64,000 nt of DNA from the human T2T-CHM13v2.0 reference genome, Homo sapiens, in NCBI RefSeq assembly GCF_009914755.1, contig NC_060934.1; one strand, 5' to 3'. The notes under the pieces are model-generated. The model made no database searches and was not told the DNA's origin. It was given only the letters and a program-made list of their open reading frames with translations. Shown here piece after piece: positions 27,679 through 45,049 of the stretch (positions within the stretch are counted from its first letter, which is position 1; each line of letters starts with the position of its first letter). The position numbers were made by a program, and so were the translations under genes.

Positions 27679-29156
27679 CTTATTTTAACATTTTACTCAT
27701 TTTAATTTTCCTGCATTTCATTCCGATATAAGAAGGTATTAATTTTTATTCAATTTCTTTAAGAATAAAGAACTCAATGTTTTTCTGTTTCTTTTTGAGT
27801 GAGGATTGTGTTTTTTTCCTTTACATTTTCAAGTTAATGTCATATTTGACATTAATTTATTCATAATAATCCTTTACTATTTTCTTACTATCTGAGGGAT
27901 CAGTAATAATGTTTCCTTTTTATTCCAGATACTGATCATTTTGTGACTTTTAATTTATTTTGAGAATTCTCAGTAGGGGTTCACCAATTTTACTCATTTT
28001 TTAAAGAAAGATTTTGGCTTTCTTAATCCATTGACAATGCATGTTTGCTTCATATTTGATTTCTGTCTGTCCAGTTCGCACTAGTAACTTCTCTCTACTT
28101 TCTTTGGGCTTAATACTAGCTTTTTGATTGATGTTTAGATCATTGATTATTATGCTTTTTTCATTTTTAATATCCATTTAAGGACATAACATTTTCTCTA
28201 AGTTCTTATTTAACCGTATAACACAAGATTTTAATTTATCACATTGCCATTGTCATTCAGTTAAAATATTTTATAATTTCTCATAGTTTCTTTTTAAAGC
28301 CATTGGTAACTTAGAAGTGAAATGCCTGATTTTCAAACATAGGTAGATTTACTAGTTATCATTTTGTGATTTACTTCTAATTGAATTACAAGAGGTCAGA
28401 GAAATTTGTAATGAGTTATTTTTGTGGCCCAGAATTTGACTAATTTTTGTAACTTTTGTCTGTGTTCTTGAAAATATATATTTGGAAAATAGACTCTGTT
28501 TGGCATATCCTTACTGATTACACAGTCCATGTGTGTCCAAGCAAGAAAATTAATATTAAATTTGATTGAAGATGGAAGAATATTCCGGAGGTGTATTCCC
28601 ACAAGTGTTTCTTAGGAAAAAAAAATAATAACAAAGATGTGGTCAGAATTTTAAAACATTTTAAAATTATTCAGGAGAAAAATGTACCATGACAGAGTCA
28701 GTGAACATTAAATAGTGATTAGAGCCCCACAAATTTTAGATGATGGAGTTTTTCAAAATAAAATAAAAATGAGCATGTTTAAAATGATTCAAGGCAGAAA
28801 CTTAAAAATCAAATTTCCAAGAAAAATACAGGCCATTTGGGAAATAATAAAGTAAAACTTCTAGAAATAACAATTTAAGTGAATAATTCAATGGATACTC
28901 CCCACAGTAAGTGTATAAAAGTGGTAAATTCTCTTGATCTTTATCCAAAAATGTCTAATTTGTCTTCACATTCGTGTAATTATTTGGCTGGTATAGAATT
29001 ATAAGTTGACAATTGTTTTTTCCCAGAACTTTGAAAATATTATTCCATTATTGGTCCAAAGATTCAACACTGTTAAAGAGAGAATTGGCTATCTGGAAGG
29101 AAAACTTCCCACAAAATTAATCAGAAGAGAAAATTAAAGCTATGGAGAATATTTTA

Positions 29157-29510
<354 letters not shown>

Positions 29511-29672
29511 TTACTTTTATTTGTCTAATATAATTTCTAAAAGAAGAAAAGGGGACAATAGTGAATAGATCATATTCAAAGAGATAATGCTAAGAGTTTT
29601 CTAGAATTATTAAAAAAAATTTCTCAGATTAACGAAGTTTTTAGAAGAATAAATGTAAGTAAATCCATACTA

Positions 29673-31625
<1,953 letters not shown>

Positions 31626-33109
31626 TGTATATATTGAAGTGATACTGTAGAACAATAAATGCAAAGAGAAATTTTTTAAAGCAATCACATACAAAGATAA
31701 TTTACCTACAAAGAAACAAACATCAGGCAACAGCAGATTCTCAAAAGCAACAAGAGAAGTAAGGAAAGTAATGAATATTTTCAGATTGTGGAGGGAAAGT
31801 AAATGTGACTTAAGAATTCCATACCATCCAAACTATTATAACAGAATGAAGGAAAACAATCGACATTCTCAAACAAAGACTGAGACCGTCTATCACTCTC
31901 CTACATTTGCTGAAAGAGCAATAAATAAGTATATTTCAGGAAGAAGAATTTAATGGTGTATATTATTTTGTGCTTATGGTTAAATGTTTCAAAGTTAAAA
32001 CTTGAGGATAGAGATGCCTTCATACCACTAAATTGCAAGTTTTCATAGAGTAATGTCTTTGTTTTATTAAACTTTGTATGCTCAATCTTGTCTAATGCCT
32101 GTCATAAAATCATGCCCGCAAAACATTTTTTGTTTGTTTGCTTTCATTGAATTGACAATAACAAAAAGAGTAAGACTGATGGAAAAATCATTGGATTTAA
32201 GTTATGGTAGTCCCTCAAGTTTTCCTGGAAGTTTTTTGTTTTATGACCTGCGTGCCTTTGTGCATGCACACACACACACCCACACACATTAATGTGGGAT
32301 AGTTATCACTGAAATAGTCTATTGTATGACTTGTATTTGTTAATCTGGTAGGGTGGATTGTTTACTGCATTAGGATATCCCATTCTTATTTCCCTTCTGC
32401 ATCTCCACACCTGATTGCTTGAAACAATTATCAGTCTCACAACAAACTGCCCTTTGTTTCCTGTAGAAAGAGGCATAATTTGTTTCAGCTCGTTCCTTTT
32501 CCTGCCATCAACCTGCTCTTAGTATATTCGGTCTTCTGCCAGTCCTGGACAAAGTCTTTAAACGTTCATGATGTAAAACTTTGAAATTTTTCAGAAAAAT
32601 TTTTTTGTAAATGTGAGTTTATATCATGTATCTGAGAGTTTCTCTAAAAATTCGAAAGAGCAACCTGGTCATAAGTCATGTGCCTATGTCCTAAGAGAGA
32701 ATTCTTTTCATGTATTGCAGTTGTAGAATGTGAAAGAAATTATTTTGGTGTCAATGCCAACATATTCAAATTTAAATTTAATTCCTTAATTTAAAATAAT
32801 ATTTTTTAAGCAGAAAGGAAATCAAGGTTATTAAAGGGATGTAAACTTCAATGGGTAAACTTTAATGGAAAAGCAATGTTGTCTGTTTAATAAGAGGTAA
32901 TTTTATTTGTATAGTATTTTTAAACTCCTGAAGGAGGTAACTTTTATGAAAACCCACAGGAAGTAAATATTTTCTCCTCTGGTAATGAAAGTTCAAATGA
33001 GGTCATCTATGTATGTGCCTGGTGCAGAGGCTGGCACGTGCATATTGAATGTGATGGACAATCAATAAACTTTCATTCTCAACCCTCTGCTCTACTTAAA
33101 ATTGACTAG

Positions 33110-33338
33110 GATAATAGCTAACAATTATTGGGCACTTATACATTACCTACGATTTTTACTTTAATTATTTCATTTAATTTCCATAAAAACTCTGTGAATT
33201 AAGTACTAGCTTAAATCCATTTTAGATCTCAGAAAGTTTGAAGCATCTAGCCATTTGTAATTTGCCCATGGTCACACAGCTAGTAAGGGGTAGACCAAGA
33301 ATTTGACCTCGAATCTGTCTAGCTCCAGAATGTGTACT
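33110..33338. mobile_element. MIR
   Basis: taatttgcccatggtcacacagctagtaag...gtctagctccagaatg. Confidence 0.7.
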
Positions 33339-33569
33339 CTTTTTTTTATAATTGTCTATAGCTGTATGGTACAATGTGTTTTTTATATAAGTATACATTG
33401 TGGAATAATTAAATGAGGCTAATTAGCACATCTATCACCTTAAATATTTGTCATTTGCTTGCAGTGAGATTATTTAAAATCTCTTTTAGCTATTTTGAAA
33501 TATACATGATTATTACTTACAGTCACTGTGCAATATAATAGAACACCAGAATTTATTCCTCCTATTTAA

Positions 33570-33991
<422 letters not shown>

Positions 33992-34926
33992 TTTCTTCTT
34001 TTTTAAAGGCCAAACAGCATTCCATTGTGTATATATATATCATGTTATAAAATTCATTCATCCACTAATGGATTCTTGGGTTGTTTCCATATCTTCCCTG
34101 TTGCATATAGTGCTGCAATGAAGATGGAAGTGCATATATCTCTTTGACATACTGATTTCAATTCCATTGGGTATAGAACCAATAGTGGGATTGCTGGGAC
34201 ATATGGTAGTTCTATTTTTAGTTTTGCAAGAAATCTCCATGCTGTTTTCCAAAATGACTGTGCTAATTTACAATACCACCAACAGTATACAAGTGTTCCC
34301 TTTTCTTCACATCCTCACCAGCACTTGTTATCTTTCATCTTTTTGATAGTGGCCAATCCATTAGGTATAAGGTGATGTCTCATTGTGGTCTTAATTTGCA
34401 CTTCTCTGATAATTAGAGACGTTGAACACTTTTTCATATATTTGTTGTCCATTTTTATGTCCTCATTTGAGAAATGTCTGTTTATGTGTTATATCCATTT
34501 TTATAGGGTTATTTTCTTGCTATTGTGTAGTTTGAGTTCCTTGTATATTTTGAATATTAGCCCTTTATCTGATGGATGATTTACAAATATTTTCTCCTAA
34601 TCTGTGAGCTGTTTCTTGACTTTATTATTTACTTGGCTATGCAGAAGCTTTTAGTTTGAGGGAATTTCATTTGTCTATTTTTGTTTCCATTGTCTGTGCC
34701 TTTGGAGTCATAACCAAGAAATCACTGCCCAGACCAATGTCATGCGGCTTTTCCTAAATGTTTTCTTCTAGTTATTTTATAGTTTCAGGTCTTATATTTA
34801 AGTCATTAATTCACTTTGAGTTGATTCTGGTACAAAGGGTGAGATAGGAATTCATCTTCCTTCTTCTGTATGTGGATATAGTTTTCTCAACACTGTTTAT
34901 TGAAGAGACTGTACCCACTGTGTTCT

Positions 34927-35122
34927 TGGCACATTTGTCAAGAATTAGTTGACTGTAGGCAAGTGGGTTTATTTCTGGGTTTTCTACCCTATTCCATTTT
35001 TCAGTGTATCTGTTTGTATGCCAGTGGCACATTTGTCAAGAATTAGTTGACTGTAGACATGTGGGTTTATTTCTGGGTTCTCTACCCTATTCCATTGGTC
35101 AGTGTATCTGTTTGTATGCCAG
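34927..35122. repeat. 98-bp tandem duplication inside L1MA
   Basis: Units 34927-35024 and 35025-35122, about 5 mismatches. Confidence 0.95.
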
Positions 35123-35279
35123 TGTCATATTGTTTTGAGGACTATAGCTTTGCAGTACATTTTAAAGTCCAGCAGTGTGATGCCTACAGCTTCATTCTTT
35201 TTGGTAAAGATTACTATGGCTATTCAGGATGTTTTGTGGTTCCATACAAATTTTAGGATTGTTTTTTCTATGTCTTTGA

Positions 35280-35444
<165 letters not shown>

Positions 35445-37689
35445 TAATAGAGGTTGCATTGAATCTAAAGATTTCTGTGGGTAGTATGGATATTTTAACA
35501 ATATTAATTTTTCCAGTCCATGAACAAGGATATATTTCCACTTATTTGAGTCATCTTCAATTTCTTTCATGAATGTTTTATTGTTTTCAGTATATAGCTC
35601 TTTCACTTCCTTGGTTAAATTTACTACTGAGTTGTTTTTGGTGTTTTGGTTGTCGTTGTTGTTGTTGTTGTTTTTTGCTGCCATTATAAATGGGATTGTC
35701 TTAATTTCTCTTTCAGGTAGTTGATTGTTAATATTTAGAAATGCTATTTTTGTAAGTCAATTTTGTATTCTATAACTTTACTGAATTTGTTTATGAGTTC
35801 TAACACATTTTGTTGTGGAGTTTTTAGGATTTTATCTGTAAGATCAAGTCATCAGCAAACAGAATTGTGCTCTTTGTGTACTATGCCTTTCACCTCCAAG
35901 CTATCATTTTAGCTTGGAATGGCTAGGTAAAAGCTTCAAAGAAAAGAAACCATAATGTAAGTCTGTACATCAAGTCTGTAGTACATCACAACATTTGTAT
36001 AAATATCAGAAAGTTCAATCAGTAATGCATGTTGGAAAACATATAGCCAATGTAAGAAATTCAGTTTTTATTTATACTGCCAAAAATTAAAGAGACATTG
36101 TCTAAATTTCCAAGTTGGAATGTAAAACTTCGGCCACTGGATTTCCAGTTGACTCTGACAAAATTTATACCAGAGAAAATATAGTAAACTTCAAGAGATG
36201 AGAATCGTGTGTAATATACACTACCATCTTTAGAAAATCAAAGTACAGTAGTAAAATTCAGTACTTTTAAAATCCAACATGGCTTTTTATCTAGAACTAG
36301 TAATATAGATGCAGTTGCCTAAGGTTTAGTTGGGTAACAGAACAAATACAATTAGATGTTATTTTTTCAGAAAACATCTGGTCATCACTAACCTAGATTA
36401 AAGTACTGTGTTTGGGGAGACCCAGTAAACAAAAGTAAATTAAATAGATCTGCATGCTACACAAGGAGTTTGTAATCTTAAGTTTATAATAAAATGAATT
36501 CACTGATGGCAGCAATCCAGAGAAGTATGCTAAATTCATTGACATGTTGGTAATTATCACCAAAGTTGTACAAAGAACAATAGAAGTTCAAAGAAGGAGG
36601 AGAGATCACCTAAAGTTCAGATAATCAGAGAAGAATCAAGGTAACATCTGAGCTGAGCATTGAATGGATGGATAATATTTGGGGAGGAACTGTCAGAATG
36701 AAAATCCAGACATTAAGAAATAATGCAAGCAAATCATTCTGGTAACTAACTACCAGGCCTTGAATGTACCTGAATACACCCCTATTAAAGATTTCACCAC
36801 TTTTTTATTAGTTTACTCTACTAATGTTTTACAAATCTAAAAAAAAATTGATCTCTACTGAATGTACGTTAATGTTCATAAAATGTATTCATTCAATTAT
36901 TTCTTCTATGTGTCAGAAACTGTGTTATGGCTGAGAGGCAGAAGAAAGCCTATCTCCTGTCTCTAAGGAAACTGGTTTGTTTAGTAGCAGACAAGTAAGC
37001 ACATTGTTAATTAAATATATGTGTGTTTATATATATAATTAAATATATATGTGTTTATATATATACACACATATATATAAACACATATATAGTAATAACA
37101 CAATTTGAGATTTTCTGGATTTGGGAATAAGAGATCATGTCAAGCTTGTAGAAAAATAATTTTTAATGACTCCCAAAAGAATCTACTAATCTCTAAGTTA
37201 AAAAAAAATATTTTTGTCTAGAATAGAGAACAATGGGGAGGAAGGGCAAAGGGACTCAAATATCTGCAGTTAAAGGAAAAGGAAAATGAGTCAGAAAAGG
37301 TATTAAAAGAATTTGAAGAGAGTTTTGGTTTGAGAAGAATAGCATTTTGGAATAGCAGAAGATTCCTGGGATCAAGGCAAAGATGACATCCAAAGAAAGA
37401 ATTCATGTCAGGAAACCTGGTAAGAGCCAAATTAAATGAAATAACTACCAAAACTATCTATTCCAGTAGCTGCTATGCATGTATCACCTTATAATGGATT
37501 TGGGGGATGGAAATTTCAGATTAAAAATATGAACTCTATATTACTATATGATCATACATTGACAATAAAATTTTTCTCTCTCCTCCTGATGACAGAGCTG
37601 AGATTCACTAGTCTCAAAATGTTGAGTGTTTTAATCTCTAAAGTTGTTGTATTTTTAAGCCATAGGAACCTCATCAAGGCATAACGTTT

Positions 37690-37989
<300 letters not shown>

Positions 37990-38930
37990 GGCATAACGTT
38001 TTAATATATACTACATAAAGAAAATGGTGACTAAATAAAATATATAGCATTTTATACCAAATTATCCATATTGGAGAAGAGAAAGTATTGAAGGGTAACT
38101 AATCAAAATACATATTAAAATAATAAGGTTGGACACTGGGAGAAGACAAGTTTGGCTGCCAATCTGACAATGGCCCTTGGCATTTGCACTGTATAGGGTC
38201 CTGTCCTCTAGTCGCAGTTCATTAAAATAGTGATGACATCTGACTCAAGAAATGCCAAAGAGTCTTTTCAAGAGTTTAAATGACTCATTGACTCCAGGGA
38301 GTCAACTCCTGGAACTTGAACTAAGAAGCCCTGTTGGGAACTGGGGTAACCATGAGCAAGCAGAGAAAAGCACCAAGATCAGACAGAAGCAGGGAAGGGT
38401 AATGAGAGAAAAGGAGAAGCACAGAAAGAAGTCAGTACACACCATTTGGAGATAGGGAAGTCAGTATAGGAGAAGGTGGTGAAGAGACAGGGGAAAGTTT
38501 CTGATGGCTTTCCTTCTTTTGCAGATGGTTCTTTGTGTAGTTCAAATGTGCTTCCTGCCTTGGATTCTAAAACCACTGCATTGAAAGTCCCCTTTATTTC
38601 CAAGTAAGCTATTTTGAATAACTTTTTAAAAATTAAGTTAGTGTGAATAAAAAGAAGTAGCCCCCGAGAAACAGAATGTCCTATATTTCAAAGTCATACT
38701 ATTTTAAAATATTTGTTCTTATTCATCCAGGTCATAGTGTCACTATCTCTGATATCACTAAGGATTTCATATCTCTGCTATTACTAAGGATTTCATAGTT
38801 ACTTGCTACTCCTTTTAAAAAGGGTGGATAGAAGAACTTCTCTAAATGTCTAGTAACTTTAGGGTTTTTGTATATTAAAAGATGCCAGGTGAGAGAAGAC
38901 AAAGAGAAAACAAGTGGAAATATGGTTTTC

Positions 38931-39513
38931 TGTGGAAGGTATGATAGAATAATGCCCCACTTCCAACCCCAAAGATGTCTACATCCTAATCCCCAGACAC
39001 TGTGACGTGAATGTGTTACTTCACATAGTCAAAGGGACTTGCAAATGTAAAAGTGAAGAACGTTGAGATTGGGAGATTATCTTGGACTATTCATGTGATT
39101 CCTACTAGGGAAGAAGAATGTACCAGAGAAGTGAGATGAAAGGAGGAAAGATTCAAATACAAAAGGACTTCAAATCACAGTTTCTGACTTTGAAGATGGA
39201 AGAAGGGAACCATAAGCCAAGAAATGTAGGGGCCTCTAGAAGCCAGGAAAGGCCCTCAATGGATAACTGCAATAAAAAAGGAGACCTCAGTCCTAAAATC
39301 ACAAGGAATTGAATTCTGCCAACAGCCCAAAGGAGCAAGAAAATGAATCTTGTCCTAGAGCCTACAAAAGGAATGCAGGTGCCCTGCCAATGCCTTGATT
39401 TTAGCCCAGTGAAATTCATGCCAGACTACAGAACTGTAAGATAATACACTTGTGATGTTTTAAGCCACTAAGTTTGTGGAAAACTGTCACAGCAGCCATA
39501 GAAAACTACTATA
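38931..39513 (+). mobile_element. MaLR solo LTR (MLT1D/E-like)
   Basis: ccccaaagatgtctacatcctaatcccc...ttttaagccactaagtttgtgg...cagcagccatagaaaactactatac. Confidence 0.85.
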
Positions 39514-40369
39514 CCTTTTAAATCAAATTCTATGATTCTCAGTCTAGTAGGATATGACAGAAAAATGAAGTCAGACTTTTTCCTCAAGAACTGTTTTATC
39601 TTCAGTTGCTTTAACGATCACGTTTTCCTACTATGGTGCTGATTAGTTTTTTGGTAAGATTCTTGATCACAGAAGATATCAAATACACAGACTGAAGTTC
39701 AACACTTATTTTGAAGCTAGAAAATAAAAATATATATACATTCTTGGAATAATCTATTGCATACATACAGTATGAAAAAAATGAAGTAACTTCATAAAAC
39801 AGTATCCATTTGTAAAATTCACTAGAGAATTCCAGTGTATTTCCATGGAACTATGCATTGTCAAGTTTTTAATTAGTCACACTAATTTCCCCCTTTGGTG
39901 TTAACTATCAAAGCATACTCAAATCTTCCTCATTGGCATTACACATTGGAGTTGCTCAATAAATGTATGTTGGACTTCAGTGTGGTGTTCTGCTAAGTAC
40001 TTAAAATTCAATAGGGAAAAATAATCACAAGAATTTCTGTTAGGAGTTTGAGATAATTTGGTGGATAATTATGTGCCTTCCTATTACTGCTGGAGGGTAA
40101 CAGCTGTCATGTATGACCCAAGTGCTGTTGTGAAGTGTGGTTTTGTGCATTCTTCAAAGATAACTAAGCATCTTTCATGTGTTACGACTTGTGTAGTCCT
40201 GAGTGATTAATCACTTTGATCCTTGAATCAAATGGGCTCTTAGGTGAAAGAAATATAAACACTTATGCAATGGGACAAGGGCTATAATTCAGTTATCTAT
40301 AATTCACTTATTAAGAATCTACTATGCACTGGGTACTGGGAAGGGGGGTAGGCCCTGGGGAAACATAGA

Positions 40370-40792
40370 TTAATCCCCTTGAGTATGGGCCAGGCTTTGT
40401 GACTCGTTTCTAATAAATGGAAGCTTCATGGATGAGGCTGCTGACTTCCAGTTCAGGTCATAAAAGACATCCTGCTTTCACCTGGTTCTCTAACCCCTCT
40501 TCCTGCCACTGTTCTTTAAGGAAGCCAAACAGCCACATGGAAAGACCACATTTAGGTGTTCTGAACACAGTCCCAACTGAGCCAATATCAGCTGTCAGAC
40601 ATGTAAGTCTGTGATATCTCAGATAATTCTAGCCCCCAGTCTGGGAACTGCCACAGGTGGCAATGAAAGGACCAGAGATGAGTTATCATTGGTGAGCCAG
40701 ATCCATACTGCAGATTTTTGAGTAAAGTAAATGTTGCTTTAAGGCTCTAGGCTTGAGACAGCTTATTACATAGCTATAGATAGTAGAAACAT
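40370..40792 (+). mobile_element. MaLR LTR (MLT1G/H-like)
   Basis: ccccttgagtatgggccaggctttgtgactcgtttc...ttacatagctatagatagtagaaac. Confidence 0.65.
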
Positions 40793-41499
40793 GCTTTTTA
40801 AGAAAATATATTTATACCTACATTTATTTATGTTCTGTCTTTTTCCGTTTAACTTTAAGTTGCTTGAGGACAGAGAACCCATCTGTTTTCAGTGCTTGGG
40901 ACAGTAGCTTGCTTGCGTATAATGGTTGGTTAATATTTCTGAAAAAAAAAAAAAGAATGAATTTATTGTATGATATACATCTTAGAAAACACTATTCTGG
41001 CTTTGGAAAAGATAATTATATAGATCCAAGACAGGAAGACAAGCTGGGAAACTTGCAATAATCCAGGTAAGAACTGACAGTAGAAACTGTGGATATGATT
41101 GAAATCACTAGGCAGAAAATGTAGAATGAGGAGGAAAGAAAAAAAAAAATCCAGATCAAAGCTTCAAGAAAGACAAAGCAAGGAGCAATTAATGGTTAAA
41201 GACCCTTTTAAAAAGTTTGTTAATTATGGAAAATTTCGGATATTCCCAAAAGTAGAGAGAATAGTAAAATGAACTCTTATGTATCCATCACCAAAGTTCA
41301 AAATTTAGCCATTTTGTGCTGTTTGTATTTTGTCTACAATTATATTATTTTAGGCTGTTCACAAGGATATAAAAGATTCAATCAATATTTCTTGGTGCCT
41401 ACTATTGAGAGGGACTACTTAGTGGTTTAGGATGATAAAAGTATGAATAAAGCTGGGTATCACAGATTTTGGATTGCTGATAGAGAGTTGGGAAAGTGT

Positions 41500-41970
41500 A
41501 CTATATCAGCAAGTCCAAGAAGAAAACACATACACAGGCAAACAGCATATCTAAGGAGTGTTTAATAAAGGAATTATTTACAAAGCTGTGAGTAAGGTTA
41601 AAGAAAACAAACAAGGAATGGTAAAATACACCAGCAAGGGGGTGTTTCTATCCTTAGGCCTGAAGAAGCAAAGGGAGAGAGCTCAGAGAGGGTAGCCGCA
41701 GCCTTTGACAGGGCCAGCTAAAAGAGCCATGGCCTTTAATAGAGGGAGGGAGCCAACTAGGAGCAGCTGGCAGAGAAGGAGGGGGTAAGTAAACACTCCC
41801 TCCTCACTCTCCTTTCACTCTGCTCTTGCTGGTGCTTCCTCTTGGTTGAACCCAACTGGAGTAAAAGTAAGCTTATTGACACACTCAATCCAGGAAAGTT
41901 TCCTGGAATACAGAGTGTGCCAGAGAAGGAAGCAAAGGGAATCTAAAGGGGCAAACAGAAAATATCCAAC
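41500..41970. mobile_element. Ancient MaLR/ERVL-like LTR
   Basis: gtttaataaaggaattatttacaaagctgtg motif; family uncertain. Confidence 0.45.
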
Positions 41971-42129
41971 AAAAAGGCAAAATATCCAACAAAAATGTAG
42001 CCCTGTACATTTCAATTCAGTGTGACCAAAGCAACTACAAAGAAAAAATGCACACAATACAGAGATAGCTAGAAGTAAATAATTCCCTTTATCTTGCAAA
42101 AATAGTGCTTGAGTTGGCTTTGGGTTTTC

Positions 42130-42555
42130 TTTCAACTTTTTGTTCAAACATAATTCATAAAGGTTAAAAAATCATAATACATCTCAATAAATTTTCAGAA
42201 AGTGAGCACACATATATAATTAGCACCCAGATCAAAAAAGAAAACACTACCAGCATCCCAGAGTTCCCCATATTGCCTCCTCCAGCCATTATTCTCCTCA
42301 AGGGACACCACTATCCTGTCTTCTAATACCACAGATGAATTTTGTATGATTGTTGAACTTGATATGAAGTGAATTAAGTAGCATGTATTCTTTTGTGTCT
42401 GGCTTGTTGTGCTCAATTATTTGTGAGTGTTACCTAAGTTGTGTGTAGTTGCATTCTGCTCTATTTCATTGTTATATAATATCCTATTGTGTGAATATAC
42501 AACAATTTATTCATTCTATGGTAGTGGAAATCCATAAGATTCCCAGTTTTTACAT
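42130..42555 (-). mobile_element. L1ME-like 3' fragment
   Basis: cacccagatcaaaaaagaaaacactaccagcatcccag...ttttgtgtctggctt. Confidence 0.7.
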
Positions 42556-44565
42556 ATTAAAAATAATACAGAGATGAACATTTCGGTTTTGAACAAAGAC
42601 TAGGAAGTGACATTTGTGAAATGGACACAGAAGTGGGACTTTCTTGTGAAGGACAAACCGTGAACAATGGGATGGAGGCATGAAATAGCACAGTGTTTTG
42701 GGGCACCTCTAGGAAGCTGGACATCGCTGGGTTGTGGCAGGTGAGGTGAGAGTGACAGGACCTGAGTCTGGAGAAGCAGGAAGGGTCCAGATTCTTCAAC
42801 AAGGTATGGGGATGGGCTTCAGTGAAGACTGAAAACAAAGGACTGGCTGTACCTGATAAGGATTTTAGAAAAATGACTGTCACAGTGATACTGAGAATGG
42901 ATTGGAGTAAGAATCAGTCAGAAAACAGGAGGGCTATTTCGTGGGTTTCTTCCACATTCCAACACGGATAATTAACTGTGCTACAATGTTTAAATACTGG
43001 AATTTCCCCAGTCTTTAGAAATATCTTCCTTAGGAATGCTGCATTCTTGTGTCCTCAACTTTTGAAAGACTTTGGTTCTAGGTCAGCTTGCGTTCTCTTG
43101 GGGCTTTGATGCAGAAATCAGCAAAAGCCACTTGAGTCTCAGCACAAAGTGGAATCTTCACTATAGTTTTATATATTTATTTAAGTATTTATGAGGAAAA
43201 ATCTGGCTTCTTATGTATATAAGAATACATGCTGGATGGGGAATCTAATCAGGCTAGAGAAGGAGAATCTTGTCCATCATAAAGAGTAGTCACTTCCCTT
43301 TTAAGATGCAGCAGGATCCCAATGGCAATAGCCGAAGTTGAGCAAAAAGGCTCAGTAAGTCACATGGGGGAAGTGGTTCCTGTAATAATTTGGGGGTAGT
43401 CAGCAGGGAGACAGTGTTGTTGTTGCCTCCACTACATTTTGTTTTGCTTTGTTGAAAAATAGCACTTATATGAAGATTCATCTATCAGCAGTAAAATATT
43501 AGGTTCATGCCTCACACCTGCATACGTTGTAGTTCAAAGAAAGTACTGGTGACATATAACCAAAGGACACAAAACATGACACTTTACTTTCATGAGTGCG
43601 CAAGAGAGAATGAGAGAGAGAAGTAGATGGGCAAGGATATAGACAATATCATTACAAATGATGAAAGTGCTACTTACAAAGACAAAGCCAGTTATTGCTA
43701 TTTTGCAAGTCAATGCTAAACCAGACTAGGATTAGTGAATTTAGTGAATTTTAAGAAGTTAGGAAGGGTGATGTAATCAATTTAGACAGAAAACAGAACA
43801 AATATTTTTGATGCAGACTGTTCAGAATTGGTGCATAATTCTGGACTTCCCATGCAATCAAGCAATTTCATGGCCATGTTGGGTATGGGGTCTATCACCA
43901 GCCAGAAACTTGCAGAGCAGGCAGCCATTCAGAAGTATTTAATAAAATCAAAATTCTTTAAAAACTGTAATATTTAACTTTGTGATCTGATGGTACCTGA
44001 AGTTTTAATAGGATCTGGGGCTCAGCAAAGGAACCCATGACCAAAGCTTGGCACCTCACCACATTCAGAAGAATGATTGAGACAACAAGTGGTTTTTGAG
44101 TTTGATTATGTATCTAGCTCTTAGCAAAGAAAGAAAAATAAGGGGAAAAATAAGACATGTGTCCTATCCCTCTCACATACACTCTGTTATCAAGTATCAA
44201 ACTCCATAGAAGGGGTCATAAATGTTAAATAATAAGAGAGATCAATTAGGATGAAATGGAGAAGACTTTTGGAACAGATATGAGGCTGGAAGAACTGGTA
44301 GAATTTGGACATGTGAAGAGGTGGAAATCAGTTGTTCTGGAATAGAGTGTGTATATATATGTATGTGCTATGTTCTGGGAGTTTTAGAGGAACAGTAACA
44401 GCACCAATGTGTCTAGAAGAAATGAAAAGTGCTCAGCCTTAGACAGTGCTCAGCCTCAGCAGAGGTTCAGATGATGAAGGCCCTGAACAATAAAGCAGAG
44501 GGGTGGGCCTTGTTAGGCCGGGCAACAATGAGTCATTGTAATTTACCGGCTAGGAGGAAGCTATG

Positions 44566-45049
44566 GTGTATTAGTTTCCAGTGGCTGTATAACAAATCAT
44601 CACAAATTTAGTGGCTTAAAAGCAACACAAATTTATTATTGTACAGTTCTGGATGTTAGAAATCTAAAATGAGTCTCACCGGCCTAAAGCCAATGTACAG
44701 GCAGGACTGTACTCTTTCTGCAGGCTCTATGAAGTAATCTGTTTACTTCCCTTTCCAGTTTCTGGAGGCTACGTACATCTGTTGCCTTGTTGCCCCTTCC
44801 TCCAGCTTCAAAGCCAGTAATGACATCACTCCAGCTTCTGCTTCCATCCTGACTTCTCTTCTGACTGTCTTGCTTCTCCCACCTTTTGAAGATCTTTGGG
44901 ATTATACTAGGCCCACCTATATAATCTAGGATACTCTCCCTATGTTAAGATCCTTAACTTAATCACGACTGCCATGAAAGGTAACCTATTCATAGGTTCT
45001 GGGGATTAGGATGTGGACGCTTTTGGGGGACCATTATTCTGCCTGCCAC
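44566..45049 (-). mobile_element. MaLR solo LTR (MLT1C/D-like)
   Basis: tgtattagtttcc...cacaaatttagtggcttaaaa...ggggaccattattctgcctgccaca. Confidence 0.85.

Larger units (their letters stand above)
25280..28540 (-). mobile_element. Ancient L1M (ME/MD-like) fragments, about 3 kb
   Basis: Degenerate antisense L1 ORF2 (attaaggaagttccttctactcttagcttactaaga; attggtattccattgaatctgtagat). Confidence 0.65.

Noticed and set aside
38745-38797. 26-bp tandem duplication (similar small ones at 41955-41995, 55241-55276, 59066-59105)
   Set aside because: Ordinary slippage duplications
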